NCBI GenBank assembly: GCA_019704295.1
Contig: AP024596.1
Span: 1,280,001 to 1,344,000, forward strand
Source of the DNA: Sulfolobales archaeon HS-7
GTDB taxonomy: Archaea; Thermoproteota; Thermoprotei_A; Sulfolobales; Sulfolobaceae
Reading direction: 5' to 3'
Length of the DNA: 64,000 bases
Position numbers and translations under genes: made by a program. The stretch's first letter is position 1; every line of letters begins with the position of its first letter. The notes below the pieces were generated by a model. It was given only the letters and a program-made list of their open reading frames with translations. It ran no database searches and had not been told where the DNA came from. Positions 33,653 to 43,669 of this stretch are shown here, piece after piece.

Positions 33653-33823
33653 AGAAAGTTAACTGATTATTCGTGCTTTATTGCCGAATATAGTTCATAC
33701 GGAGACCATGAACTCCGTATTTAGGATACTATCAGTGTTAGTTGAAGAAAAAAATCAAGTTGAGAGAGGGCGTCATGGAATGATTGATACTAATTGCCTA
33801 AAAAGTAGAATTATGCAAAGGAA

Positions 33824-34687
33824 CTACTTCGTCCCACTTAGGGAATAGATCTTGGTCAAGTATTTCTGGAAAGTCATAAATATGATAAATATTGGTATAC
33901 CCATAAGAACTGCAAACGCCGCAAATACGTTGTACAAAGTACTCCTGCTCTCAACTCCAAGATAGTACATTCCCAGAGTTAAAGTCCACAGATTTCCTGA
34001 GGTAATGAACAGGTTAGCAAGGGCGTAATCCGTGTAAGCTCCAAGAAACCCCAGTAGGGCTATAAAGGCTATTATAGGTCTAGCCATTGGTAGGAGTACC
34101 CTCATGAATGCCTGAAATCTCCCCAACCCGTCAACCATTGCTGCCTCTTCGTAGTCCTTCGGTATCGTGTCAAGAAATATCTTTACGAGGTAAGCCCCGA
34201 ATACCGAGGTACCTCCGCTGTAAGCAAGTATTAACCCATAATAAGTGTCTATTAGGTGAAACTTTGCGAAAAGTAGGTAAAGCGGTATGGCCGTTGCAGT
34301 AAAGGGAAAGAACGTCAAAATGTATATAAACACTATAAGTGCTTTCTTACCCCTCACACCGAATCTGCTTAGGGCAAGACCTGATGTAAAGGCAATGAAA
34401 ATCGATAGGACAACCGTACTGCCTGCTAAGATCAAGCTATTTCTTAACCAGAGGGGAAATGGGTTCTGAAATATTATAGAGTAGTAAGCCTGTAATGAGA
34501 TAGTCTTTGGAATAAGTGAACTTATGCTTATTGACGCGAGTGAGGGGATAGGACTTAGAGAGGTTATGACAATGTAATATATGGGAAATACGGCGAATAT
34601 GGCGAAGACTATCAAAGCGAGATAGGAAACTCCTACTCTTACCCCTGAGAGGATCTTATATTTGCTAACTCTCCTCCTCTTCTGCAT
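33824..34687 (-). CDS. malG: Sugar ABC transporter permease (MalG-like)
   Basis: EAA loop IPKDYEEAAMVDG, six TMs, operonic with malF and malE. Confidence 0.9.
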   Translation of the reverse strand: MQKRRRVSKYKILSGVRVGVSYLALIVFAIFAVFPIYYIVITSLSPIPSLASISISSLIPKTISLQAYYSIIFQNPFPLWLRNSLILAGSTVVLSIFIAFTSGLALSRFGVRGKKALIVFIYILTFFPFTATAIPLYLLFAKFHLIDTYYGLILAYSGGTSVFGAYLVKIFLDTIPKDYEEAAMVDGLGRFQAFMRVLLPMARPIIAFIALLGFLGAYTDYALANLFITSGNLWTLTLGMYYLGVESRSTLYNVFAAFAVLMGIPIFIIFMTFQKYLTKIYSLSGTK

Positions 34688-35602
34688 TTACCTCTCCTCC
34701 AGGATTCTGGAGTACTTAAACATGAGTATTCCCATGACCGTCAGTATAATAACCGATATGAAGGAGTAAGCCGCGGATAAGCTGTAGTTTTCAAAGGAGT
34801 AAGCCTCTTGATAGGTGTAAACTATGAGTATATCTGTGCTCGTACCCGGTCCGCCACCTGTGAGAAGGTATATAGGGTAGAAGTTATTCCACGTAAATAT
34901 GAACCCGCTTATCCCTATGAAAGCCATGGCGTTCTTCAGCATTGGTAGGGTTACCCTGGTGAACCTCGACCACATGTTCGCCCCGTCAATTGACGCAACC
35001 TCGTAAAGTTCCGGAGGAATGCTCTGCAGACTTGAGAGGAATATCGCAGTGTAATATGGAAATGATAGCCATACATTCGTTATTATAAGAGCCTCCCATG
35101 CAGGTGTGGGGATATTTAGCCAATTAAGCGGAGCTACGTGAATTAAACCCAGGAACTTGTTTATTATACCATATTCGTAGTTCCACATTCCCAGCCAAAC
35201 TAAGAGGGATATGAATGCGGGGAAAGCCCAAGGGACTAAGATCAAGGAGAAGAATAACCTTTTCATCCTTATCTCCTTCTGATTCAGAATTAACGCTAGA
35301 AGAAGACCTATCGCTATCATCGGAATTAGACTTCCCACAGTCCAGATGACGGTATTTACCAGTAGTTGAGAGAAGGTAGGGGAGGTTAGAATAAGGTAAT
35401 AATTGTGAAATCCTACAAACGTGTACTTAAAGAAGTGAAATAGGTTGAAGTTAGTAAAGGATATGTAAACTGCGTAAGCAACGGGGTAAAGAAATAGGAA
35501 GAACATCACGGCTATTGCGGGAAGTAAGTAAAAGTAACCGCTAACTCTACTAGTTTTTCTCCAAAACTTTCTTGAAAAAAATCTGAATTTACTTTTTTCC
35601 AT
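34688..35602 (-). CDS. malF: Sugar ABC transporter permease (MalF-like)
   Basis: ILVPWAFP and IPPELYEVASIDGA motifs. Confidence 0.9.
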   Translation of the reverse strand: MEKSKFRFFSRKFWRKTSRVSGYFYLLPAIAVMFFLFLYPVAYAVYISFTNFNLFHFFKYTFVGFHNYYLILTSPTFSQLLVNTVIWTVGSLIPMIAIGLLLALILNQKEIRMKRLFFSLILVPWAFPAFISLLVWLGMWNYEYGIINKFLGLIHVAPLNWLNIPTPAWEALIITNVWLSFPYYTAIFLSSLQSIPPELYEVASIDGANMWSRFTRVTLPMLKNAMAFIGISGFIFTWNNFYPIYLLTGGGPGTSTDILIVYTYQEAYSFENYSLSAAYSFISVIILTVMGILMFKYSRILEER

Positions 35603-35611
35603 TACCCAATT

Positions 35612-37030
35612 TCACCATACGTCCGTTACAGCCGGGAACATACCCATTAACAGGTAACCGGCAGGGAGAAGACCGTTCTGCTCCATCTGTTGTAGTATAT
35701 ACGACTCCATTCCTTGGGCTGCTTGTTGTGCAGTAATAGTTCTGTTCGCATAATACTCGGTAGCGTATTGGTGGAAGCCTGGCCAGTAGTAATTCATCTG
35801 AGGTATGTTGGGGAAGGGCTGGGTGTGTTGAGCCTGTGCCAAAACTCCTTCCAATATTCCTGCAAGGTATGAGGGAGTTATTTGTCCGGCTTTAAGCTGT
35901 GAAACTACCTGGTTATATGCCTGTACCTGGGCTGGAATATCATAAGCGTATTTCCACAGATTGAGTGTTGCATTCTCACCCGTTACGAACTGTATGAAGA
36001 GTAGAGCAGCCTGGATCTGTGCAGGCGTAGCACCGCTCGCCTTCGGAGAGGATATTACCCATCCTGTAGAACCCAAGAATGGTTCAGCGTACATTCCGGT
36101 CTGTGACACCACGGGCAGAGGAGCTGCACCTAGGAGCGGTCCTAGGGATTTATTATATATTGCTAAGTCCCACGGTCCGTCGAAGATGATAGCCGCCTCA
36201 TTATGCGTGAATAACTGCTGCTCCAAAGAGGGTGTCATATCTGGTGCGTTAATGTGATCTATGTATGTTAGGTTATACCAAAACTCCAATGCATTGACCA
36301 TAGCGGAGTTATTCATGGTTGGAATTCCCTGAGAGTTGAATATTTGCCCTCCGAATCCTGCATACCATGCCGCGAACCTGTATCCGTACTCAGAGCTAAC
36401 CCCGTAAGCTATACCCCATATATGATAGGTTTCATTTACCTGCTCAGCTATCTGTATTAGCTGTTGAGTGGTGTTCGGGGGATACGGTACGAAGTGCTTG
36501 TTATAGAACATTAAAATGTAGTTTATATCATCGGGTAATCCATAAACTGAACCGTTAAGCTCAAAATTCTTCACGGCCACAGGCAGGTAGTTACTATACA
36601 CACTGTTGTTAAGATACGCTGACAGGTTAAGGAGAAGTCCAGCAGCAAATAACGCTCCCGCATCATTACTTGTATCCCTATACACTATTGGTGCATCTCC
36701 CGCTTTAGCAGCAGTTTCAAAGTTCGAGGTTGACACTTGAACACCGTATGTCACATCAACGTGAATCCAAGGGTACGCAGCTTCAAATGCCGCTAATGTC
36801 TTATTGAAGCCCATATTTTCTGGATTGTCGTATGTATCCCACACTGTAATAGTAACAGGGGTATGAGTTGTAGTCGGTGGAACAGTAACCGAAGATGGTG
36901 TCGACGTCTTATGGTGGGATGACACCAGAACTATGCCTATCGCAGCTATGACTATTATTACGACTACAGCGACAACTATTGCCGTTTGAGTTCCTGTAAG
37001 ACCCTTTTTATTTGATTTAACTCTTATCAT
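35612..37030 (-). CDS. malE: Maltose/maltodextrin-type binding protein with class III signal peptide and S/T linker
   Basis: KKG|LTGTQTAIVVAVVV, SBP family 1 motifs (YGLP, FDGPW, PNIPQM). The substrate is inferred from context. Confidence 0.85.
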   Translation of the reverse strand: MIRVKSNKKGLTGTQTAIVVAVVVIIVIAAIGIVLVSSHHKTSTPSSVTVPPTTTHTPVTITVWDTYDNPENMGFNKTLAAFEAAYPWIHVDVTYGVQVSTSNFETAAKAGDAPIVYRDTSNDAGALFAAGLLLNLSAYLNNSVYSNYLPVAVKNFELNGSVYGLPDDINYILMFYNKHFVPYPPNTTQQLIQIAEQVNETYHIWGIAYGVSSEYGYRFAAWYAGFGGQIFNSQGIPTMNNSAMVNALEFWYNLTYIDHINAPDMTPSLEQQLFTHNEAAIIFDGPWDLAIYNKSLGPLLGAAPLPVVSQTGMYAEPFLGSTGWVISSPKASGATPAQIQAALLFIQFVTGENATLNLWKYAYDIPAQVQAYNQVVSQLKAGQITPSYLAGILEGVLAQAQHTQPFPNIPQMNYYWPGFHQYATEYYANRTITAQQAAQGMESYILQQMEQNGLLPAGYLLMGMFPAVTDVW

Positions 37031-37060
37031 ACAAGGTCTAAATTATGATGTTAGTATCTG

Positions 37061-37088
37061 TTTATAAGGTTAATGCTAATTTAACCTT
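37061..37088 (-). promoter_or_regulatory. malE promoter: TATA box with adjacent inverted repeat AAGGTTAA-N7-TTAACCTT
   Basis: TTATAAA (minus strand) at 37061-37067, with perfect 8-bp arms at 37066-37073 and 37081-37088. Confidence 0.55.
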
Positions 37089-37152
37089 GATTTTAAAAAT
37101 AAAAATAGGAAAGTAAGTATTAATATGATGTATACGATTTGGAATATCGAGT

Positions 37153-38220
37153 TTAACTCACTAAGTTCCTTCCTGAAGCGGAGTCAAAAAACTGAGCTGT
37201 ATCTAGATTTATCGAGATCTTTAATTCCTGACCTCTTCCCCTTATTATCAAACCCCTGTCAATTACTCTGATAAGGGTCGAACCTACCTTTACGTGTTCT
37301 ATTGTGTAAATTCCTGTTGGCTCACTTGCCTCAATAGTTCCCTTAATCTCGCCGCCTATATCTATATCATCCGGTCTTACACCTACTATAACCTCTTTCC
37401 CCTCGAAGACTTCAGCGATCCTTTTAGGAACGGCTAACTTATACCCTTCAAATACGAAGTTGCCCCCCTCTATTCGTCCCTTTAGTAGATTTGTGGGGGG
37501 ATTCCCTATAAAGGAGGCAACCCATACGTTCACCGGGTTTTTATATATCTCCATAGGTGTACCGTATGCTTGTATAACCCCATTGTGAAGTACTGCGAGT
37601 TTATCTCCGAGAGCCATAGCCTCTATCTGATCGTGCGTCACGTACATTATTGTTATGTCCAAATTCTTGTGAAGTTCCTTTAATTCCTCCCTGGCTATTG
37701 TCCTTAACTGAGCGTCCAGGTTAGCTAGAGGCTCGTCCATAAGAAGTAACCTTGCCTCCTTAACAAGTGCTCTAGCTATCGCAACCCTTTGCCTTTGTCC
37801 GCCTGATAGCTGATACGGTTTCCTATCCAGTAAGTGGTCTATTTGAAGCATCTCTGAGACCTTCTTAACCTTTTCCCTTATCTCGTTCTTAGGAACGTGC
37901 CTTAGTTTTAGGGGAAAAGCGATGTTATCGAAAACTGTCATAAAGGGGTAAATTGCGTAGTTCTGAAACACCATTGCCACGTTCCTGTCCTTCGGGGGGA
38001 GATCGTTAACTAGTTCCCCGTCTATATATATGTCACCACTGTCCTGCTGATCCAGTCCGGCAATTATCCTCAAAACAGTGGTTTTACCCTCACCAGAAGG
38101 GCCTAGTACCACTACAAACTCTCCCCTATTGACGGACAGATCCACATCATCTAAAACTCTCACTTTCTTCCCCTTCTGGTAGAAGGTCTTAGTCAAGTGC
38201 TGAAGTTCAAGAAATGCCAA
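37153..38220 (-). CDS. malK: Sugar ABC transporter ATPase (MalK-like)
   Basis: Walker A GPSGEGKT, VFQNYA, LSGGQRQR, MDEPL. TTG start with GAGGA RBS. Confidence 0.93.
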   Translation of the reverse strand: MAFLELQHLTKTFYQKGKKVRVLDDVDLSVNRGEFVVVLGPSGEGKTTVLRIIAGLDQQDSGDIYIDGELVNDLPPKDRNVAMVFQNYAIYPFMTVFDNIAFPLKLRHVPKNEIREKVKKVSEMLQIDHLLDRKPYQLSGGQRQRVAIARALVKEARLLLMDEPLANLDAQLRTIAREELKELHKNLDITIMYVTHDQIEAMALGDKLAVLHNGVIQAYGTPMEIYKNPVNVWVASFIGNPPTNLLKGRIEGGNFVFEGYKLAVPKRIAEVFEGKEVIVGVRPDDIDIGGEIKGTIEASEPTGIYTIEHVKVGSTLIRVIDRGLIIRGRGQELKISINLDTAQFFDSASGRNLVS

Positions 38221-38599
38221 AGGTCCTCGATTAATACTATATAAGAATTGGATATTTAACAGTTATGGATCAGCAGGGAATGTATTGATAAAATCACAAC
38301 TGTAAATTTGTAGAAAGGCGTAAAAAAGGTTCAATGAAAAGGTTATTTAAACAGTAACAGCAGTTTCATTAATTTTTCACGAATTCCGTTAAGGTAGTTA
38401 TATTGCTAATTTTAACTAAGGTTAATTATGTGAAATGTCAACTTTCGGTTTTTTAATTATTTTATGAAAAAATATTAAGTAAAAATTCAGGAAAGCATTG
38501 TTGATTGGTCCCCATTATTTTTAATAAAAATTAGCGGAACTGGTCAACAATCGACTACTACATTATAAAGGACGTATTGTAATTAACCTCCGGATTTCC

Positions 38600-38830
38600 C
38601 ACTTATTAGATGGGATTTATCGCTGGGTTCTGACTTCATAGTATCTTATGATATCCCATCTCAATCCCCTTGGACTTCACTAGGGTCACATGGCATTACC
38701 TTGATAACCCTCCCCCATCCCCTTAATGAGATACCTCCAACCCACTACTGCTCATGGATGTATGGAAGCTCGAACATTTGTATACCCTCTTACCTTTCGG
38801 GAAAGGTCATCCACATCTTGTGACAGGATT
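38600..38830 (-). mobile_element. Degenerate IS607/IS605-type tnpB 3'-end remnant
   Basis: Minus strand ...ctagtgaagtccaaggggattgag...atactatgaa resembles Sulfolobus IS607-type right ends as I recall them. Weak. Confidence 0.35.
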
Positions 38831-39123
38831 TGTAAAATATGTTTAATGTATAAAGTATATAAACTTTAGTTTTTATCTAAAGCTATTAACAACCGCTTAC
38901 TTTTTATCGAAACATGTTATTCCGGAGAGACTGTAGAGACATTTTACCAAGTGAAGTCATATCGTTCAGTGATACTTTTACAGTGGACATGTTAGGGTTT
39001 TTAATGCTAATAAAAACACTTGTATAAGGGGGTCGCTAGGAATTACTCCGAGCTAAAAGTGCCAACCCCAACCTCAAGCGCTTTTTAGGCAAAAACTTAT
39101 GGCTATTCTTGATTACATGTAAT

Positions 39124-40899
39124 CTACCTGTAGATCATTAGATAATTGATTACGAACATCGCTGCGGACCACGTGAGTGGAGTAGTCGAGGGTAGGGGAT
39201 TTCCGTACCTGGGGTCAATAGCTTCTGGTAGAAGACCGTGCGCTGAATGCTCATAGGACCAAGTTAGAAGTTCTTTTGTTCCCGTGTAGTTACCCGCCAT
39301 CGCATAGTAATATCCCAGGAAAAGGGTGGTTATTACCCAAGGAGGCATAGGACCTGAACTGTCCGTGAGGACGGAAGTATAGTGGTATGTATCCCCTAGA
39401 AACCTCGCTAACCCTCCATTGACGGTAAGGTTAGTTATCATTGTGTTAATGTCAGATAAGGTCATATTTGAATTAATTGGCATGAGTCCCATAGCCAATG
39501 GAAGGATTGATGAAGAGTCGGGTAAATCAAAGGGGGTGTAAACTACCTCCGATTTTCCATTCTCAAAAAGAACTGATTTCTCAACGTATTCCGCGTACAT
39601 TCCCTTACTGTAGAAGTATTTCTGAATAGTGGAGTTCAGTTGCTTAACTGTTGTCATAATAAGGGTTCTGTTAAAACCTAGTGCGTCGCTCACATTCTCC
39701 AGGTAAACCAATCCTATGTCGTCAATCGCCTGAGTCCAGAAGTTATATTGATAATTGTCTTCCCATATGCTTAAATCCTGGGGTAAAATGCCAGAACTCT
39801 TCACATTCCCAACCTCCCATTGTAACGACCTATTGAGAACATTAGCAATGCTCAGGAGGAAGCTCTTGTTTCCAGTTAATTCGTAATACTGTACCGTTCC
39901 TATCATGAAGAGTCCTACGCTGTCGTACTCCGGAATTCCAAAAGTTTGATCGGGTATTCCGGTGTAAAAATTGTACCTAGTATACCAAGTACCAGAGGAA
40001 TTCTGAACTTTTGCCATCCATAACCAATACTTTAACGCAGAGGAGAAATGACGTGACATCTGTAACGCAATGGCGTCAAAACTCGAATCCCTAACCCAGG
40101 AGTAATAATATATCGGAACTGGAGACGCTACGAACTCACCCGTTACGGGATTCTGATCGTCCTTAATTAGGAGTAGGGAGATGTTAAACTCGGAACTTAA
40201 CGTTGTGTTAAATCTGGTAGGAGATTTAGAAAGCCATTTTCTCACCTCCAGTGCGTTGGAATTAAGTAAGACATTAGGGGATCTCCTATTCAAGTTGCCT
40301 AAAATCACCTCAAGGTAAGATGTCGGTTTGGTAATAATGTAAACTGTGTCATTTTTCTCAGTAATACTGCTATTTGGAGAAAAGATTTTGACAAGCGGAG
40401 GGAAATCGATCTCTACGCAATCACTCGAGACGGAAAGATTCACAGGTTTTTTGCTTAAGTTTATTAAATAGGTTGTATTACCTTTAAGTTGATTCTTTAC
40501 AATGACATAACTTGAATATAAGGGATATGCTACACATGCTGAGCCGTTGTATCCCCTCATTACCACAGTATTGTTTTGAGACAGGAAGGCGCAAGAGGAG
40601 TTTACGAATTGCTGCATTTTGATACTCATGGGCAGAATCCCATCTTTACCGTAGAGAAAATCAGTTAATGTGAAGGGGTTGAATTCTCCTACATACGGAA
40701 ACCCAGTCCTGATGAGTACTGATCCGTTGATCCAGTTACTCAGAAGCAAATATGAGGCAGAGACGTTACTGGGATTTTCCCTGTCCCAATTTATCGAACC
40801 GATAGGATACTCTATCTCTTTTCTTGTTAGGGATAAATAAGCGTAAATTCCTAAGACAACTAGAAGTACTAAGACTATCGCAAGTAATCGCGAATTCAT
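39124..40899 (-). CDS. Membrane-anchored extracellular glycoside hydrolase family 15 (glucoamylase-like)
   Basis: WVRD, SIWED (general acid), LLPEAID (general base) and PLTWSAA motifs. N-terminal TM and sequons. Confidence 0.88.
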   Translation of the reverse strand: MNSRLLAIVLVLLVVLGIYAYLSLTRKEIEYPIGSINWDRENPSNVSASYLLLSNWINGSVLIRTGFPYVGEFNPFTLTDFLYGKDGILPMSIKMQQFVNSSCAFLSQNNTVVMRGYNGSACVAYPLYSSYVIVKNQLKGNTTYLINLSKKPVNLSVSSDCVEIDFPPLVKIFSPNSSITEKNDTVYIITKPTSYLEVILGNLNRRSPNVLLNSNALEVRKWLSKSPTRFNTTLSSEFNISLLLIKDDQNPVTGEFVASPVPIYYYSWVRDSSFDAIALQMSRHFSSALKYWLWMAKVQNSSGTWYTRYNFYTGIPDQTFGIPEYDSVGLFMIGTVQYYELTGNKSFLLSIANVLNRSLQWEVGNVKSSGILPQDLSIWEDNYQYNFWTQAIDDIGLVYLENVSDALGFNRTLIMTTVKQLNSTIQKYFYSKGMYAEYVEKSVLFENGKSEVVYTPFDLPDSSSILPLAMGLMPINSNMTLSDINTMITNLTVNGGLARFLGDTYHYTSVLTDSSGPMPPWVITTLFLGYYYAMAGNYTGTKELLTWSYEHSAHGLLPEAIDPRYGNPLPSTTPLTWSAAMFVINYLMIYR

Positions 40900-41168
40900 G
40901 TTAGTAACTCTTACATAAAACTAAATTTCTTTTCACTCTTCCTTGCGTCTTTTCCATACTAAACGGAAAAACTAGAGAGAAAATTAGATTACATGATAAG
41001 CGATGTAAAATTAGTTTATTTAGTGTGGCAACAAGTCAGTAGCCCTTTGGAAAAGACTAAAAATGGACTCTCCTGATATGTAGGTTACTAAAAGTTCGAA
41101 ATGCTTGAGATCAGAAAGTAGCACGTTTTACGAAGTTGACGGAATTATACGATGGTGTTACCTAGTTT

Positions 41169-41329
41169 TAGCCGTTCATGCGTTCATTGCAAATTCAGTT
41201 TATTTAATAGGGAAGAATGAATTTAACTGAATGCAATCGTATTGATTGTAGAGATTAGAGTTTAACAATTTCCTTTATTTAATCCCTATTTGCCATAATT
41301 ACAATTCCCGGTGGAGACCTGAATTACCC
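41169..41329 (+). mobile_element. MITE family C
   Basis: gccgttcatgcgttcattgc...cctgaattaccc. Homologous to the other copies. Confidence 0.8.
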
Positions 41330-41344
41330 ATTATCAAAAATACA

Positions 41345-41485
41345 AGATTATTTGCAAATACACTTGATAAACTAATTTTATATTGTTTTTTCACTAGTAA
41401 TTAAGCGAATTTAATCTTAGAGTAACGTGTTTTATAAATTTTTAGTTTATTTAATTATTTACACTAACTACGCATTAGATACTGT
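41345..41485 (+). mobile_element. Family B right-end fragment
   Basis: Matches 11095-11232. Ends in cattagatactgt followed by CACGTG. Confidence 0.75.
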
Positions 41486-41491
41486 CACGTG

Positions 41492-41860
41492 ACACTGTCC
41501 AATGTACAATAAATGTTATTTACTTTATTAACTAAATTTTAATATATAGGAATAATTCATCTTGTAGTGCATAATCAGGACGATAGTACAGGGAGAATTA
41601 CAAGAGTTCAAACTCCTTTACTGACATCCTAGGCTTAAAAATATCCGGCTTTAACCTCTGTTAATTTTCAACTCACAACACTAAAACCTCTTTTTAAGCT
41701 TTTGTTGTTAAGAAATATATCGTTACTTGTGCTTACTGTTAACAAACTTATTTTATATTGCTGTTATACTTGTAATTAAGCGAATTTAATTCTAAGGAGA
41801 CGTGTTTCATAACTTTTTAGTTTATTTAGTTATTCACTTTAATTATGCATTGGACACCGT
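41492..41860 (+). mobile_element. Family B MITE (369 bp) flanked by CACGTG direct repeats
   Basis: TIRs acactgtccaatg and cattggacaccgt. CACGTG at 41486-41491 and 41861-41866. No ORF. Confidence 0.85.
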
Positions 41861-42301
41861 CACGTGATAACATCTTACGATACCTGTACCTCCTAAGATT
41901 TTTTGACAAGGTGAACATCTCCTCTAAGATCACTACACGAGATGTTACCCTAAGTTTTCATTAACAGGGCTATTGAACCGTCAATTTGAGCATCAGTAGA
42001 GAGCCTAATAAAGAGAGATAAGCCTACTTTGCATTGCTCCATCTTTGGCCTTGACAATCCCTTATCTTCTCTTCGATTTTAACATTATTTATCGTGCTAT
42101 TTAGTTTCCTCCCTCTTAGCTTATTTGTTTTAAATCGTTTCAACGTTAACTTTCCCTAGACTGCTTTGTTTCTGCTATCCAGATTCCTAAACGGAACAGA
42201 TGATGAAAGCGTAAATGGTAAAAACTTTTATGTGTTCATTTATAATTACAATATTCTTTTTAATAATAATAGTCAAATTTATGACGATTCAAATCAGTGG
42301 T

Positions 42302-43615
42302 TTAGGAAATTGTCCAAGTATTCGTGCCCGATTCAGGAATTACCTTACTGCCCCCGCTATAAAAGACTATTGCATTTACCACACTCGGAGGAGGGTATGA
42401 TGCACTAACAAAATACCAATAGATAGTCATGTATAAACCACTTTGCTGTTCGTTCATTATACTATAGATATTTTCAGTGTTGTTGTAGTAATAGGGATTA
42501 CCTGCTACATCTTTGTTAACTACCTGTTCAGATGTAATTCCATTGTTATCTTTGAGCGAACTTAGGAAGGCTTGAGATATACCAACTCCGAAGTTCTGTC
42601 CTCCAAAAGAGGTTATCAGCTCACAACCGTTACCTGATGCTGAAAACGATAAACTTCCGCTACCTATCTGTCGATTGTTACTGTATAAGCTTAACTCTAC
42701 TCTGTGAGTAAGTCCTAAGAGTGCTCCAGAAGTAAGATTTAAGAAGTACCAAGTGTTTGCATATGCATTTCCGTAAAGTTCAATTGGATTTCCCTGATTT
42801 ATAGTTGCAAATATCCTGCTACCGCAGGCATAAACACTTATGTTAAGCCAGTTACCTGCATTATTCCCTCCTGCACGATTCTTAACGAGAAATGAAAGGT
42901 TAAGTATCTGTATACTTCTCTGGGTATTATTAGTGTAAAGTTTAAACCACATTCCGAAATTCCAACCTTTATTCGAAGAGAAATAGAGGGGAGGATTTAC
43001 ATCTAAGATTGAGTTATTCCCTTCGTATTTCCCCGTTTTCGATACTACAAATATTCCTAAACCTTCGTCGGAGGGCTTTACATAGGTATATCCCAACCTG
43101 TAGTAATTACCGTTAATGCGCATTACTATCCAAAGGTAGATAACTTCTCCAGGGTAGATCTTAGCTGAAATCTCAACGGGTTGGGCAACACGAACCAGAT
43201 ACCCCGTTAATGAACCTGAATATAACGTTGAACCTGTTGGGAGGTAAACCTGAGTTATAACGACTTGATTGCTGTTGAGAATTGTGGCATTTTGTTTAAC
43301 TTCTGGTACTAAATAAAACGGACCTCTCGACGCATTTGCGGCGAACGGGACTACAATTAGAGTACCTGAGTACTTACCAGAATCTATCGTAAGCAGAAAT
43401 GATAGGTTATACTGTACAGGAGAAACATCAAGTATCGCCCTATATGTTAAGGGGGAAACGGAGTATGAGAGACTGTCCGCTATACTGATAAGGTAATTTT
43501 CCGTTTGCGCTGTGTTATCCACGGAAATCGTAGATGACGTGAATAAAATAACGTTAACACTTCCTAGTATTATTGCGATCATGATTAAAGCTAAAATTAC
43601 TATTGCATTATCCAT
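42302..43615 (-). CDS. Pilin/archaellin-like N-terminal helix (no class III leader) with possible LamG/ConA-like C-terminal domain
   Basis: MDNAIVILALIMIAIILG. The first domain resembles the 43670 protein (YLWIV...YRLGYTY vs LIWIV...FRVGYTF). FGMWFK...NTWYFL is lectin-like. Confidence 0.75.
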   Translation of the reverse strand: MDNAIVILALIMIAIILGSVNVILFTSSTISVDNTAQTENYLISIADSLSYSVSPLTYRAILDVSPVQYNLSFLLTIDSGKYSGTLIVVPFAANASRGPFYLVPEVKQNATILNSNQVVITQVYLPTGSTLYSGSLTGYLVRVAQPVEISAKIYPGEVIYLWIVMRINGNYYRLGYTYVKPSDEGLGIFVVSKTGKYEGNNSILDVNPPLYFSSNKGWNFGMWFKLYTNNTQRSIQILNLSFLVKNRAGGNNAGNWLNISVYACGSRIFATINQGNPIELYGNAYANTWYFLNLTSGALLGLTHRVELSLYSNNRQIGSGSLSFSASGNGCELITSFGGQNFGVGISQAFLSSLKDNNGITSEQVVNKDVAGNPYYYNNTENIYSIMNEQQSGLYMTIYWYFVSASYPPPSVVNAIVFYSGGSKVIPESGTNTWTIS

Positions 43616-43669
43616 AGTATAAATTGGGTATAGAAAGCTTAATTAATCTATTCTTATTTTATGTATAAT
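43616..43669. promoter_or_regulatory. Symmetric bidirectional promoter centred on TTAATTAA
   Basis: The palindrome at 43639-43646 is exactly centred between the ATGs at 43615 (-) and 43670 (+). Purine-rich BRE-like flanks on both strands. Confidence 0.65.
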
